A DNA stretch of 64,000 nucleotides. It comes from Thainema sp. (GTDB lineage: Bacteria > Cyanobacteriota > Cyanobacteriia > Phormidesmidales > Phormidesmidaceae). Within the stretch, counting starts at the first letter, position 1. Each line of letters opens with the position of its first letter. The stretch spans positions 30,804 to 94,803 of the forward strand of contig JBQLZK010000022.1 in the NCBI GenBank assembly GCA_052168235.1, given 5' to 3'. The position numbers and the translations under genes were made by a program. Shown in pieces: positions 11,489 to 22,196 of the stretch. Under the pieces are notes generated by a model. That model was not told the DNA's origin and ran no database searches. It was given only the letters and a program-made list of their open reading frames with translations.

Positions 11489-11887
11489 ATGTTGCACATT
11501 TTTGTTTACGGCACGCTTAAACCAGGCTTTCACAACTACCACCGTTACTGCGCTGGCCATACCCAGCAGGAGCAGCTGGCACTGGTTAACGGCACACTCT
11601 ATGGTCTTCCAGTGGGCTATCCCGGTTTAACAATTGGCCCTAATTGGATCAAAGGCTATCTGCTCTCGTTCCCAGTTGATCTGGCGGAGCAAATACTGAA
11701 CCAGCTGGATCAGCTAGAGGGCTATTCTCCCCATCAGCCTGCCCATCTCAACCAATACGAGCGGCGATGGACAGATGTTTTTACGCCGGACTATCAAAGT
11801 CTCGGTCAAGCCTGGTGCTATTACATGGAAAACACGACGGTGCAGCGACTAGGGGGAATCTTGATCCCCGAGGGAGAATGGTCATAA
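11489..11887 (+). CDS. Gamma-glutamylcyclotransferase (AIG2-like) family protein
   Basis: IFVYGTLK, GYPGL and LDQLEG motifs. Confidence 0.9.
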   Translation: MLHIFVYGTLKPGFHNYHRYCAGHTQQEQLALVNGTLYGLPVGYPGLTIGPNWIKGYLLSFPVDLAEQILNQLDQLEGYSPHQPAHLNQYERRWTDVFTPDYQSLGQAWCYYMENTTVQRLGGILIPEGEWS

Positions 11888-12087
11888 TTGCAGCGGTTGT
11901 AGTGATAGGGCTTTATCTATCGTTCGGCGGATACAAAAATTTATAAAACCCTCAAGGTGGATAGAGTTATTTGTAGTTTCCTATACTATAGTTAAGACTA
12001 AAGATAAAGAGAAGAAATTCTCAAATTCTTCTTCCCTGTTTAGGGTTTGCTATTCGCAGATCGTTGCTACTAGAGGCTTGTGAACGC

Positions 12088-13794
12088 GTGAGTCAGAGTC
12101 CAGCCCAGTTAAGTCGTTATGATGCCGATGCGATCGCACGTTACTACCGATCCCGTCCGTTTTTAATCCTGTGGCGTGCTATTCGAATCGTCTGGATGTT
12201 TACCGGATTTTTAATCGGCCTGCAGTGGGATCAGTGGTTTCATAAAGAAGCGGCCAGTAAAGGCAAACGGGCTACTCAACTACGACGGATTCTGACCCAG
12301 CTCGGGCCAACTTTCATTAAGGTCGGGCAAGCCCTTTCAACCCGCCCGGATTTAATCCGACCCGATTTTTTAGATGAACTGATCAAGCTACAGGATCAGT
12401 TACCGCCCTTTTCTAACCGAGTCGCGTTTGAGCTAATCGAAGCTGAGCTAGGGCAGGCTCCGGAGTCGGTTTACCGAGAAATTTCCCCCACCCCTGTCGC
12501 TGCGGCCAGTTTGGGCCAAGTGTACAAAGCTAAGCTTTACAGCGGCGAAGACGTGGCGGTCAAAGTCCAGCGTCCGGGCTTGCGACCGATCATCTCGATG
12601 GATTTGTTCCTGATGCGCTGGTCAGCTAAGTGGCTGTCGCCGTTCTTGCCGCTGAATCTAGGTCACGATCTCACACTGATTGTCGATGAGTTTGGCACCA
12701 AACTGTTCGAAGAAGTCGATTACCTGAATGAAGGACGCAACGCTGAAAAATTTGCGGTCAACTTCCAAGACGATCCACGGGTGAAGGTACCCGCGATCTA
12801 CTGGCGCTACAGCAGCAAACGCGTCTTGACGCTGGAATGGATTAATGGCTTTAAGCTGAACGATACTGCTGCGATCGCAGCCGCTAATCTAAATACCGAA
12901 GATCTTATTGAAACTGGTGTGACGACCGGTTTACGCCAACTCCTAGAGTTTGGCTTCTTCCATGCTGATCCCCACCCCGGTAATCTGTTTGCCATGCCGG
13001 ATGGCCGGATGGCCTATATCGACTTCGGCATGATGGATCAGCTAGAGCAGGAGATGAAGGAAACGCTGGTTGATTCAGTGGTTCATCTAATCAATCAGGA
13101 CTATGACGATCTGGCGCGGGACTTTGTCAAACTCGGCTTTTTAACGCCGGATACCGATATTTACCCGATCCTGCCAGCTTTGGAATCGGTATTGGGTAAT
13201 GCGATCGGGGAAAGCGTGCGGGACTTCAACTTTAAGACGATTACCGACCAGTTTTCGGAGCTGATGTATGAGTATCCGTTCCGAGTTCCGGCCAAGTTCG
13301 CGCTGATTATTCGTTCACTTGTGACGCAAGAAGGCTTAGCGCTCAGCCTCAGCCCGGATTTCAAAATTGTGGATGTCGCGTATCCCTATGTCGCACGTCG
13401 GTTGCTGATGGGCGAAACGCCCTCGCTGCGCCGCCGCCTAATCGAAATCCTGTTCAAAGACGGCAAGTTCCAGTGGCAGCGCTTGGAAAACATGATCCGG
13501 ATTGCCCGCGCCGATACAGGCTTTGACTTAATTCCTACCGCTCAACTGGGCCTACAGTATATCCTCTCGGAAGAAGGGCAGTACCTACGACGACAGTTGC
13601 TCCTGGCACTGACTGAAGATGATCGCCTGCATACGGACGAAGTTCGTCAGTTGTGGAACTTAGTTAAAGACGATCTGAAGCCCGCTCGACTGTGGGATGC
13701 CGCTTGGGGTGCGATCGCAGATTTTTCCGCCGAACGCACAGCTGCGTTGATTCCAGCAATGGCAATGCTGCCAGATTTTAATCAAAACCAATAG
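12088..13794 (+). CDS. AarF/ABC1/UbiB family atypical kinase
   Basis: LGPTFIKVGQ, AAASLGQVY, VAVKVQRP, HADPHPGN and DFG motifs. GTG start at 12088 likely; ORF open from 12064. Confidence 0.95.
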   Translation: MSQSPAQLSRYDADAIARYYRSRPFLILWRAIRIVWMFTGFLIGLQWDQWFHKEAASKGKRATQLRRILTQLGPTFIKVGQALSTRPDLIRPDFLDELIKLQDQLPPFSNRVAFELIEAELGQAPESVYREISPTPVAAASLGQVYKAKLYSGEDVAVKVQRPGLRPIISMDLFLMRWSAKWLSPFLPLNLGHDLTLIVDEFGTKLFEEVDYLNEGRNAEKFAVNFQDDPRVKVPAIYWRYSSKRVLTLEWINGFKLNDTAAIAAANLNTEDLIETGVTTGLRQLLEFGFFHADPHPGNLFAMPDGRMAYIDFGMMDQLEQEMKETLVDSVVHLINQDYDDLARDFVKLGFLTPDTDIYPILPALESVLGNAIGESVRDFNFKTITDQFSELMYEYPFRVPAKFALIIRSLVTQEGLALSLSPDFKIVDVAYPYVARRLLMGETPSLRRRLIEILFKDGKFQWQRLENMIRIARADTGFDLIPTAQLGLQYILSEEGQYLRRQLLLALTEDDRLHTDEVRQLWNLVKDDLKPARLWDAAWGAIADFSAERTAALIPAMAMLPDFNQNQ

Positions 13795-13815
13795 TCATAG
13801 CGTTACGCGCTTAAT

Positions 13816-13879
13816 TTAAGACTGATATTTTTGGGAAAGCCTCACCTTGTGAGGCTTTCCCAAAAATAATCGGTCTTAA
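13816..13879. repeat. Long inverted repeat (20-bp perfect core); terminator or palindromic element
   Basis: TATTTTTGGGAAAGCCTCAC-CTT-GTGAGGCTTTCCCAAAAATA, with outer arms TTAAGACTGA/TCGGTCTTAA. Confidence 0.8.
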
Positions 13880-14039
13880 CCTACAGGCGTGGTGTTATGC
13901 CATCCAGATTGGGGTTTAGCTGTTTCTATCTAAAACACTTTGCATAGAAACGTTACAATACTGTTTTGGATAACCCTGTTTTGGCGCTTTTGAGTACTTG
14001 TCAATTGCCGCCACATAAACGGTTTATTAATTAATGTCG

Positions 14040-14130
14040 AGTCTGCTTGAAAACCCATAATTTATTTTTCGTAAAACGTTTGCTCCGCAAACGTTTTACG
14101 AAAAATAAATTAGGTTCTTATACACAGACT
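14040..14130. repeat. Palindromic dispersed repeat (26-bp perfect arms), related to 57651..57720
   Basis: TAATTTATTTTTCGTAAAACGTTTGC-TCC-GCAAACGTTTTACGAAAAATAAATTA, with outer ends AGTCTG...CAGACT. Confidence 0.8.
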
Positions 14131-14168
14131 TGATATAACAGTCAATTCATCATTTATTTTCGAGGAGC

Positions 14169-14540
14169 GTGCCTGTGTATCCGACCCCGCCTTATCTGCT
14201 GTTACTAGTTGGCTTATTTACTGGTGTCACTTCTGGCCTCGCGTTTGAATCATCATTAAAGCAGATGGTTCAAACTTGGTATAAAAACCAAGATACCGAA
14301 ACGTTATCGCATACTCGACGGACAGCCCTGAGGTTGCCCTACCTAGGAATTTGCATCGGCATTTGCCTATTTCTAGCTTCTGGTCTCGGCGTTTTTCTAC
14401 TGCCCACCTGGTTCTGCTATGCCGTCAGCGTACCGATGACAATCTTCATTGGCTATCTGGTTTGGTCACAGCTTGGCGTCAACTTGACGCTGCTAGAGCG
14501 TGGCGGTTCTCGTGCGATTGATCTAGATGTACTAGAATAG
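14169..14540 (+). CDS. Hypothetical membrane protein (3 predicted TM helices)
   Basis: GAGGAG RBS plus GTG start; hydrophobic segments; C-terminal GGSRAIDLD. Confidence 0.8.
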   Translation: MPVYPTPPYLLLLVGLFTGVTSGLAFESSLKQMVQTWYKNQDTETLSHTRRTALRLPYLGICIGICLFLASGLGVFLLPTWFCYAVSVPMTIFIGYLVWSQLGVNLTLLERGGSRAIDLDVLE

Positions 14541-14568
14541 TGGCCTCACCAAGCTGGCTGTTTTAATA

Positions 14569-15231
14569 ATGCCGGAGGATGTAATGTCTGATCTTGCTGA
14601 TGCATTAGAGCATCTTGATCGATATCTGACTGTTCATGCTCCCATCATTGCAGAAACGCTAGCGCCAGGCTTGGATCTAAAAACAATTGAGGAACTAACT
14701 GCGGATCTGCCGTTTGATTTCCCTGATGACTTATGTGAGCTGTATCAGTGGCACAATGGTCATCAGGGATTCGTTGATTTTGGCAGCAGCTTTATACCGG
14801 CCTATATCTTTGAGAACCTATCAACTGTGGTTGATCTATACAGGCATGAGTTTGAGATGCACTTAGGCGATCCGTATTCAACCTGGGAGCAAAAGTGGCT
14901 GCCTCTGTTTTCTTATGAATCAGATTATCTACTTGGTGTGATTGGAGGGACTCCACAAACGCCAACCCAAGTCGTTGATTTTTGTCGAGAAGACCCAGAC
15001 TATAGTCTGGCGTTCACGAGCATCACGAGCATGATGCAAACCGTGGCAGAATGCTTCGAGTCAGGAGCTTTTCAGATTCTTGACTATGACGAACAACGTT
15101 TCGACCACGATATCAGCAATTTTTACAGCGTTCGTGTCAATAAAGTTGAGCATGAGCAAGACGCTGAAGAAGCTAAGGCCATATACGAAAAACATAACCC
15201 TGGTGCGTCTTTATGGATGTTCTTAGGGTAG
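14569..15231 (+). CDS. SMI1/KNR4 (SUKH) family protein
   Basis: L-x-PG...FPDDLCELYQWHNG and WLPLF motifs; acidic composition. Confidence 0.8.
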   Translation: MPEDVMSDLADALEHLDRYLTVHAPIIAETLAPGLDLKTIEELTADLPFDFPDDLCELYQWHNGHQGFVDFGSSFIPAYIFENLSTVVDLYRHEFEMHLGDPYSTWEQKWLPLFSYESDYLLGVIGGTPQTPTQVVDFCREDPDYSLAFTSITSMMQTVAECFESGAFQILDYDEQRFDHDISNFYSVRVNKVEHEQDAEEAKAIYEKHNPGASLWMFLG

Positions 15232-15305
15232 TCGTATCTAATAAGCGCTTCTCATAAGCAGTGTATTTTGGCGCAGCTACCACTTACCCGATAAACCATC
15301 ATCCT

Positions 15306-16199
15306 TTACTGAATTTGCTGGAGCTGTTCGCTTGCTTTGTCGGCCCATTCGGGATTGCCCTGTTGAGCATACAGATCGCGCGCATATTCCAGCACCTGGC
15401 GAGCATCATCATATTGCTCCTGTTGAAGAAAGACCAAGCCCGCACCATAGTAAGCATTGGCGTAATTTGCATTGGCCTCTGCCGAGCGGCGAAACGCATT
15501 CAGCGCGTCTTCATACCGATTTTCGCGAAACAGGATAGAACCGAGATTGTAATGGGCTTCGGCGTAGCGGGGTCGAATTGCGATCGCAGCTTCAAAGGCT
15601 GCTTTAGCCGCTTCCAGATTATTCTGCGCCATATAGTTCATGCCTAGGTAATAGCGAGGTTCTGGAGCCGTGGGACTAAATTCTGCCGCTCGCTGGAAAG
15701 CTGAGATCGCAGCGGGTACATTTCCCTGTAGCTGATAGACCAAGCCCAAGTTGTAGTGAGCTAGCCCCATATCGGGATCAAGAGTAACGGCACGATCCAA
15801 ATACTGCACCGCCTGTTCCAAGTTATTCCCCTCCAGCAGTGCTGCTCCTAAATTGGCATAGGCCAAGGCAAATTCGGGGTCAGCCTGAATTGCTGCATAA
15901 AACGCATCTGCCGACTGCTGGAGCTGTCCCTGCTGCCGCCTTGCCAAGCCTAAATTGTAATGAGCTGCTGCAAAGGACGGATCGAGTGCGGCTGATTGTT
16001 CAAACGCCTGGGCAGCAGCCTGAATATTGCCTGATTGAATCGCTTCTAGCCCTTGATTCAAGTAATCCTGAGCCGTAGCCGCTTGAGCAATCTGTAGTGG
16101 TTCCTGAGCCAGCACTGTTGGCACGAACCCAATTGGCAAGATGAATGCACCCAGCACCGTTCCCCATACTTTGATTCGCTTGTTATGGATGCTGTTCAC
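15306..16199 (-). CDS. Secreted tetratricopeptide repeat protein
   Basis: Signal peptide (VLA|Q) and multiple AHYNLG-type TPR repeats. Confidence 0.9.
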   Translation of the reverse strand: MNSIHNKRIKVWGTVLGAFILPIGFVPTVLAQEPLQIAQAATAQDYLNQGLEAIQSGNIQAAAQAFEQSAALDPSFAAAHYNLGLARRQQGQLQQSADAFYAAIQADPEFALAYANLGAALLEGNNLEQAVQYLDRAVTLDPDMGLAHYNLGLVYQLQGNVPAAISAFQRAAEFSPTAPEPRYYLGMNYMAQNNLEAAKAAFEAAIAIRPRYAEAHYNLGSILFRENRYEDALNAFRRSAEANANYANAYYGAGLVFLQQEQYDDARQVLEYARDLYAQQGNPEWADKASEQLQQIQ

Positions 16200-16326
16200 C
16201 GTTTTGCTCTCCTCGTTGCACTGCTTGACCGGGATGCTTCCCTACAGTAGCTCAAGTTCAAAAGCTCAGGTATGAACCTTTGGCGCTTTTTAACTAACAC
16301 TGCTGTAGAGATAGAGCTCTTGTATC

Positions 16327-16367
16327 TTGATGAACAGGCCGCCCCATTGGGGCGGCCTGTTCATCAA
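16327..16367. repeat. Perfect 20-bp inverted repeat (palindromic intergenic element)
   Basis: TTGATGAACAGGCCGCCCCA-T-TGGGGCGGCCTGTTCATCAA. Confidence 0.85.
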
Positions 16368-16612
16368 CTTAAATTGCGATACGAGTTATTCAAACTACAT
16401 ACAGGCTCAGTTAAGGACTATCTCCAAACGGGAACCTTAGGATCAGTCTCAAAGATCAGTCCTAATGAGTTGTTTGTGACGTAACAACTGTCGGAATTAT
16501 CCGCCAACCTGTCGCCACATCTAAATCACACGAATCAGCGCCACGCATTCTGAGACTGTGAAAGATGTGATTGCATGCCTTTGTCCAGCCTTATTAGCAG
16601 GAGCATCAACCC

Positions 16613-17875
16613 GTGAGCCAGCCTGACCCCAAATTTATTCTCATCGTAGATGACAGCCCGTTGAATCTTGTTGTGCTGTCCCAAGCACTGGAAGCATCTG
16701 GCTATATGGTCAAAATGGCAAACAATGGTGAGGAAGCACTCGCGCTGGTTGAGCAACATCAGCCTGAACTGATTTTGCTAGATGTGCAAATGCCCAAGCT
16801 TGATGGGTTCGAAGCTTGTCGTCGCTTACAAGCGGATCCAGCGACCCAAACCATTCCGATTATTTTTATGACGGCGCTGGCTGATCGGCAAGATAAGCTA
16901 ACTGGACTCTCTCTAGGCGCAGTGGATTACATTACCAAGCCGTTTGAAGAAGAGGAAGTTCTGGCCAGAGTCAAAATTCACTGGCGACTCAAACAGTTGA
17001 CTGACAACCTCGAACAACAGGTAGCCGAGCGAACTCAAGCTCTGCAGCAAGCTCAACTACAGATTATTCAGCAGGAAAAGTTGTCCACGCTAGGACAATT
17101 GGTGGCTGGGGTGGCCCACGAAATTAATAACCCGATTAATTTTGTGACCAGCAATATTCGGCCAGCCAAAGAATACTTAACGGAGCTAACGGAACTGCTG
17201 AACCTGTATCAAACTCAGTATTTCCAAGCTACGCCAGAGATTAGCCAAAAGATCAAGCAGATGGATTTAGAGTTTGTGCTGCGAGACTTTTCCGAACTAC
17301 TGGATTCCATGCAGCTGGGAGCGGGACGAATCAAAGAAATTGCTGGATCTTTACGAAAATTCGCCCGAGTTGAACAAACCTCTTGCTCCACCACTGATTT
17401 ACACGAAGGGTTAGAAACCGCCCTCTTGCTGCTCAAGCACCGCCTCAAATCGGACAAGGAGCGCCCTGAAATTGCGGTCATCAAAAACTATGCTGACCTG
17501 CCACTGGTTGAATGTTTTCCAGGCATGATGAACCAGGTGTTTATGAACTTACTGGCCAATGCGGTCGATGCCCTGGAAGAAGCCTGGCAAAAAGATCAGC
17601 GCGACTTGACGATTGAGATTGAGACGGCTATTTCCGGTTACGGCTTTGTGGCAGTTCGCATTACTGATAGCGGCTTGGGTATCTCTGATGACATCCAAGA
17701 CAAGCTATTTGAGCCGTTTTTCACCACTAAAACAGCCGATAAGGGCACTGGGTTGGGCCTATCAATTTCCAAGCAAATCGTGGAAGAAAAGCACAAAGGA
17801 ACACTGCTTTGCTACTCATCTCCCACTCAAGGCACCCAGTTTAACGTTGAAATTCCTGTCCAAATCGTTTCCTAG
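16613..17875 (+). CDS. Hybrid response-regulator receiver / histidine kinase
   Basis: N-terminal REC ([15 protein letters not shown]); H-box VAHEINNP; N-box [13 protein letters not shown]2 boxes [14 protein letters not shown]. Confidence 0.95.
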   Translation: MSQPDPKFILIVDDSPLNLVVLSQALEASGYMVKMANNGEEALALVEQHQPELILLDVQMPKLDGFEACRRLQADPATQTIPIIFMTALADRQDKLTGLSLGAVDYITKPFEEEEVLARVKIHWRLKQLTDNLEQQVAERTQALQQAQLQIIQQEKLSTLGQLVAGVAHEINNPINFVTSNIRPAKEYLTELTELLNLYQTQYFQATPEISQKIKQMDLEFVLRDFSELLDSMQLGAGRIKEIAGSLRKFARVEQTSCSTTDLHEGLETALLLLKHRLKSDKERPEIAVIKNYADLPLVECFPGMMNQVFMNLLANAVDALEEAWQKDQRDLTIEIETAISGYGFVAVRITDSGLGISDDIQDKLFEPFFTTKTADKGTGLGLSISKQIVEEKHKGTLLCYSSPTQGTQFNVEIPVQIVS

Positions 17876-17882
17876 CGTCGGT

Positions 17883-18518
17883 TTAGCGCCGCCGCTCCTG
17901 AAGCTTACGGTAAACGTCTTTAATATCTACCTGATGATGAGCCAGCGCTATCAGGGTGTGATAGAACAAATCGGCCACTTCACCTGCGATCGCACTTTTG
18001 TCATCGTCCTTGCAGGCCATCACCACTTCGGCGGCTTCTTCACCAATTTTCTTGAGAATCTTGTTATCACCGCCTGCCAGTAATTTACAGGTGTAGGAAG
18101 ATTCGTTGGGGCTGTCTCTGCGATCGCAGATCACATCAAACACCTGTGACAGGGTATCGGCAGGTGGCGCAACAACGGAGCCTTCAACTTGGTGGAAGCA
18201 ACTGCGCTCTCCGGTATGGCAGGCCACATCGCCATCTTGCTCAACGGTAATCAGCAGCGTGTCGCTATCGCAGTCGTAGCGGAGCGATTTGACATGCTGG
18301 AGATGGCCGGAGGTTGCGCCTTTATGCCACAGTTCTTGGCGCGATCGGCTCCAAAACCAGGTTTCGCCTGTTTCCATTGTCTTTTGCAGCGATTCCCGAT
18401 TCATCCAGGCCATCATCAACACGGTGCCGTCGAGATAGTCTTGCACAATCGCAGGCACTAAGCCCTGCTCGTTATAGCGAATTTGATCCACAGGAATGGG
18501 CGCACTTATCGCAGTCAT
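17883..18518 (-). CDS. hisIE: Bifunctional phosphoribosyl-AMP cyclohydrolase / phosphoribosyl-ATP pyrophosphatase
   Basis: [26 protein letters not shown] and KKIGEEAAE motifs. Confidence 0.97.
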   Translation of the reverse strand: MTAISAPIPVDQIRYNEQGLVPAIVQDYLDGTVLMMAWMNRESLQKTMETGETWFWSRSRQELWHKGATSGHLQHVKSLRYDCDSDTLLITVEQDGDVACHTGERSCFHQVEGSVVAPPADTLSQVFDVICDRRDSPNESSYTCKLLAGGDNKILKKIGEEAAEVVMACKDDDKSAIAGEVADLFYHTLIALAHHQVDIKDVYRKLQERRR

Positions 18519-19119
18519 GGTTTTCCTCAGCTAGCCGTCCGGATCATGATTATCTCGAAAAGGGGACAGTTGAGGCAAAAGAATCCCCTAATGGAAATCG
18601 ATAGGAATAATACGATCCCAAAATATCCTGTAGCGGTAGATTGAGCCGATTAATTGTGAGTTTTAAGCAAAACTGATCAACAAAACCCGTCCCTACGCAT
18701 GGTGAAATTGAAGGCATAACCCTAATCGAAAATTACGCCGATTGGAACTGTAGTGCAACTTGTTACGTCTACTACTTCGAGTACTGCTGGATCGAAATGG
18801 AAACTGACGCCCATGCAACAGACGTTAGTATTGTTGAAATCCAGATTGAGGTATGAATCTGGAGCCTGCCGACGTTGGAAGGCTTTAATTTTATAGAAAC
18901 CGTCAGGATCGACCTACAGAACCAAGGAAAAGAGATTTAGTCATGAGCGATGACAAATCAATGGCAAAGTCGCGTGAAACCTAAACTGACGCTGACAATC
19001 AGCCGCTTTAATCAGCAGAGAGATGTCGTCTCGGAAACGAACGGGTTATGATCTCTGAATGAGAAAAACTGGTTCTGCATTGATTACGTAGATTGACCAC
19101 AGATTAAACCTGCAATTGG

Positions 19120-19665
19120 ATGAGACCTATGATTTGGATGCGTACACTTGCGACAACCGGAATTGCGATCGCGGCTTTGGGTGTAGCGACCGTCGCCCAA
19201 GCGGTGCCCGAGTCGTTTACTCAAGCGTCAACGATTGATGTTGACGATGCTGGTGAGGGAGAAGTCTCTGGCTCCGTTAGCACCGACCACGAAGTTTTTC
19301 AATTTGAGGCATCAGAGGGGGAAGTCGTCACCCTAGATGTCAACGTTACCGAAGTTCTATCAGGCGCAGAATACGAAGACAACGACTCCCAACTGTTTTT
19401 GTTTGACCAAGAAGGTAGATTAATTGCTGAAAACGACGACGAGAGTGAAAGCTCGTTCGAATCTCTGATTAGTGATTTTGTTGTTCCCAGCGACGGCACA
19501 TACTTCGTTGTTGTGACCACATGGGATAACGATCCTGTCCTTGATGAGGATGGATTGGTTGTTGAGTGGGGCAGCAACGGCAGCAGCAGCATTGAATACA
19601 ATCTGTTGCTATCGAAGAAATCAGCCGCAACCACCACACCAGCAGAAGCAGAATCGGCTGAATAG
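19120..19665 (+). CDS. Secreted acidic PPC (pre-peptidase C-terminal)-like domain protein
   Basis: Signal peptide (AQA|); DSQLFLFD..G.LIAENDD and GTYFVVV motifs. Confidence 0.75.
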   Translation: MRPMIWMRTLATTGIAIAALGVATVAQAVPESFTQASTIDVDDAGEGEVSGSVSTDHEVFQFEASEGEVVTLDVNVTEVLSGAEYEDNDSQLFLFDQEGRLIAENDDESESSFESLISDFVVPSDGTYFVVVTTWDNDPVLDEDGLVVEWGSNGSSSIEYNLLLSKKSAATTTPAEAESAE

Positions 19666-19756
19666 GCCTGCCTTGAAATCCATCAAATAACAACCGTAAA
19701 CAAGAGGGGACGCACAGCGTGCGTCCCCTCTTGTTCATATCCTAAAAACCAGTCTT

Positions 19757-19850
19757 TATGGCTGTAGCAGCTAAGTTAAAACACGAACGCTGTTGTGGCG
19801 TGGCGATACCGCACCACAACAGCGTTCTAATTAATATGACCATCGCTATA
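19757..19850. mobile_element. ~94-bp MITE-like palindromic element (copy 1)
   Basis: TATGGCTGTAG...GAACGCTGTTGTGG/CCACAACAGCGTTC...AATATGACCATCGCTATA; homologous to 36745..36838. Confidence 0.65.
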
Positions 19851-19919
19851 TTTTCGTGAAAGCCAGACACAGCCTGGCTTTCACGAAAAAGTTTGGGTGC
19901 TTTCTAATCGGATTTGGTA

Positions 19920-21827
19920 TTACTTATCCGTTTCAGAAAACTCAGCGTCGATGACGTCATCATCGCCACCGCTGGAGGATGGGCCTGCGTCCTCATCACC
20001 AGGGGCAGATCCGCCACCAGCGGCTGCTTCCTGTTGATACAGGTTGCTGCTGATACCGTAGAGGGTTTGCTGTAGTTCGGTTGTCAGAGACTTCATCTTG
20101 TCATAGTCATCCTGTGCGATCGCATCGCGCAGGTCTTTAACTTGACTTTGAACCTTCGACTTATCGTCTGCTGAAACTTTATCGCCTAGTTCCTCAATCT
20201 GCTTCTCAGCTTGGTAGGACAAAGAATCAGCCTGGTTCTTGACATCAATTCGCTCACGCTTATCCTTATCTGCCTCTGCATTGGCCTCCGCATCTTTGAC
20301 CATGCGATCGACTTCTGTATCAGAGAGGGTAGAAGCACCCGTAATCGTAATCGACTGTTCCTTGCCTGTCCCCTTATCTTTGGCCGTGACATTCAAAATC
20401 CCATTGGCATCGATATCGAATATTACCTCAATCTGAGGCACGCCACGGGGAGCAGCCGGAATGCCATCGAGTCGGAACGTTCCCAGGCTCTTGTTGTCAT
20501 TGGCCATTTCCCGCTCACCCTGTAGAACGTGAATTTCCACATTGGTTTGTCCGTCTACAGCAGTGGAGAAGACTTCAGATTTCTTGGTCGGAATCGTGGT
20601 GTTGCGTGGAATCAGCTTGGTCATCACACCACCCAGGGTTTCAACCCCCAGAGATAGCGGTGTGACGTCGAGTAGCAGAATGTCCTTCACTTCACCAGCC
20701 AGAACACCTGCTTGGATTGCAGCACCAACGGCAACCACTTCATCGGGGTTGACGCTTTGGTTCGGGTCTTTACCTAGAACCCGCTTTACAAGCTCTTGTA
20801 CGGCTGGAATTCGAGTTGAACCACCGACCAGAACCACCTCGTCAATATCGGTTTTGCTCAGCTTGGCATCCTTGAGGGATTGCTCTACTGGGATGCGGCA
20901 GCGATCAATTAGGTCAGAAGCCAACTCTTCAAATTTGGCGCGGGTTAGGGTCAAGTCCAAATGCTTTGGCCCATCTTGAGTTGCGGTAATAAACGGCAGA
21001 TTGATTTCTGCTTGGGTAACGCTGGACAACTCGATTTTGGCTTTCTCAGCGGCTTCAGTCAGACGCTGGAGCGCTTGCTTATCCTTACGGAGGTCAATCC
21101 CCTCTTGAGACTTGAACTCTTCTGCCAAGAAGTCAACAATCTTCTTATCAAAGTCGTCACCACCTAAGTGGGTGTCCCCAGAAGTTGACAGTACTTCAAA
21201 TACACCGTCACCCACTTCCAGAATAGAAACGTCAAATGTACCACCACCCAAGTCAAACACCAGAATGGTTTCGTTGCTCTTCTTGTCTAAACCATAGGCG
21301 AGAGAAGCAGCGGTCGGTTCGTTGATAATCCGCAGAACTTCTAGACCTGCGATCCGTCCAGCGTCTTTAGTTGCTTGGCGCTGGGAGTCGTTAAAGTAAG
21401 CCGGAACCGTAATTACAGCTTGCGTGACCGTTTCGCCAATGTATTTGCTCGCGTCATCAGCTAGCTTACGCAGAACTTGAGCCGAAATTTCTTCAGGGGC
21501 GAACTGCTTATCAGCAGCAGAGCAATCGAGCTTAACTTTTCCGTTGGCGTTAAGAACCTTGTAGGAAACTTCAGTGAGCTCTTGAGAAACTTCGTCATAT
21601 TTACGACCGATGAACCGCTTCACTGAGTAAAACGTATTCTCAGGGTTCATCACACCTTGGCGCTTAGCGATTTGTCCAACGAGACGATCGCCATTCTTTG
21701 CATAGGCTACAACCGAGGGTGTCGTACGAAACCCTTCTGCATTGGCAATAACGGTGGGTTTGCCCCCTTCCATAACTGCGACACAAGAATTGGTTGTACC
21801 CAAATCAATTCCGACAACTTTTGCCAT
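19920..21827 (-). CDS. dnaK: Molecular chaperone DnaK (Hsp70)
   Basis: [17 protein letters not shown] and C-terminal [11 protein letters not shown] (DnaK2-like). Confidence 0.99.
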   Translation of the reverse strand: MAKVVGIDLGTTNSCVAVMEGGKPTVIANAEGFRTTPSVVAYAKNGDRLVGQIAKRQGVMNPENTFYSVKRFIGRKYDEVSQELTEVSYKVLNANGKVKLDCSAADKQFAPEEISAQVLRKLADDASKYIGETVTQAVITVPAYFNDSQRQATKDAGRIAGLEVLRIINEPTAASLAYGLDKKSNETILVFDLGGGTFDVSILEVGDGVFEVLSTSGDTHLGGDDFDKKIVDFLAEEFKSQEGIDLRKDKQALQRLTEAAEKAKIELSSVTQAEINLPFITATQDGPKHLDLTLTRAKFEELASDLIDRCRIPVEQSLKDAKLSKTDIDEVVLVGGSTRIPAVQELVKRVLGKDPNQSVNPDEVVAVGAAIQAGVLAGEVKDILLLDVTPLSLGVETLGGVMTKLIPRNTTIPTKKSEVFSTAVDGQTNVEIHVLQGEREMANDNKSLGTFRLDGIPAAPRGVPQIEVIFDIDANGILNVTAKDKGTGKEQSITITGASTLSDTEVDRMVKDAEANAEADKDKRERIDVKNQADSLSYQAEKQIEELGDKVSADDKSKVQSQVKDLRDAIAQDDYDKMKSLTTELQQTLYGISSNLYQQEAAAGGGSAPGDEDAGPSSSGGDDDVIDAEFSETDK

Positions 21828-22091
21828 GCTGATGCTCCGGCTTCACAACTAAAATAATGACGTTTAATACGTTTAACCCAGATGCTTATGGGTTCACCGC
21901 TCTTTACTGAATGCGGCTACTGTCCTAACCCAACCATTCGCCCATCGATCTTGAATATTCATCCTGAACATGCAGATTCGGAAGCAGGCTTAGCGGCAAC
22001 GACGGGTTAGACAAACCTACTCTATATAGTGCTAATTTTGCGGTTGTTCTTTGAAGGGGTATTTACCGAACAAAGCAGGACGGTTTGAAAC

Positions 22092-22146
22092 AAAAACTAG
22101 AAAAGGCTGATTGCCACGCCGTGGCAATCAGCCTTTTCTAGTTTTT
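22092..22146. repeat. 26-bp perfect inverted repeat; terminator-like, downstream of the glycosyltransferase
   Basis: AAAAACTAGAAAAGGCTGATTGCCAC-GCC-GTGGCAATCAGCCTTTTCTAGTTTTT. Confidence 0.8.
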
Positions 22147-22196
22147 TACATCTCGCTTGGTATGCTTAAACTGCACACTGAGGACAGGCTGATGAA

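Noticed and set aside
16272..16484. 70-aa ORF between the TPR gene and the hybrid kinase
   Set aside because: It runs through a palindromic repeat in a divergent promoter region and has no recognisable protein features.
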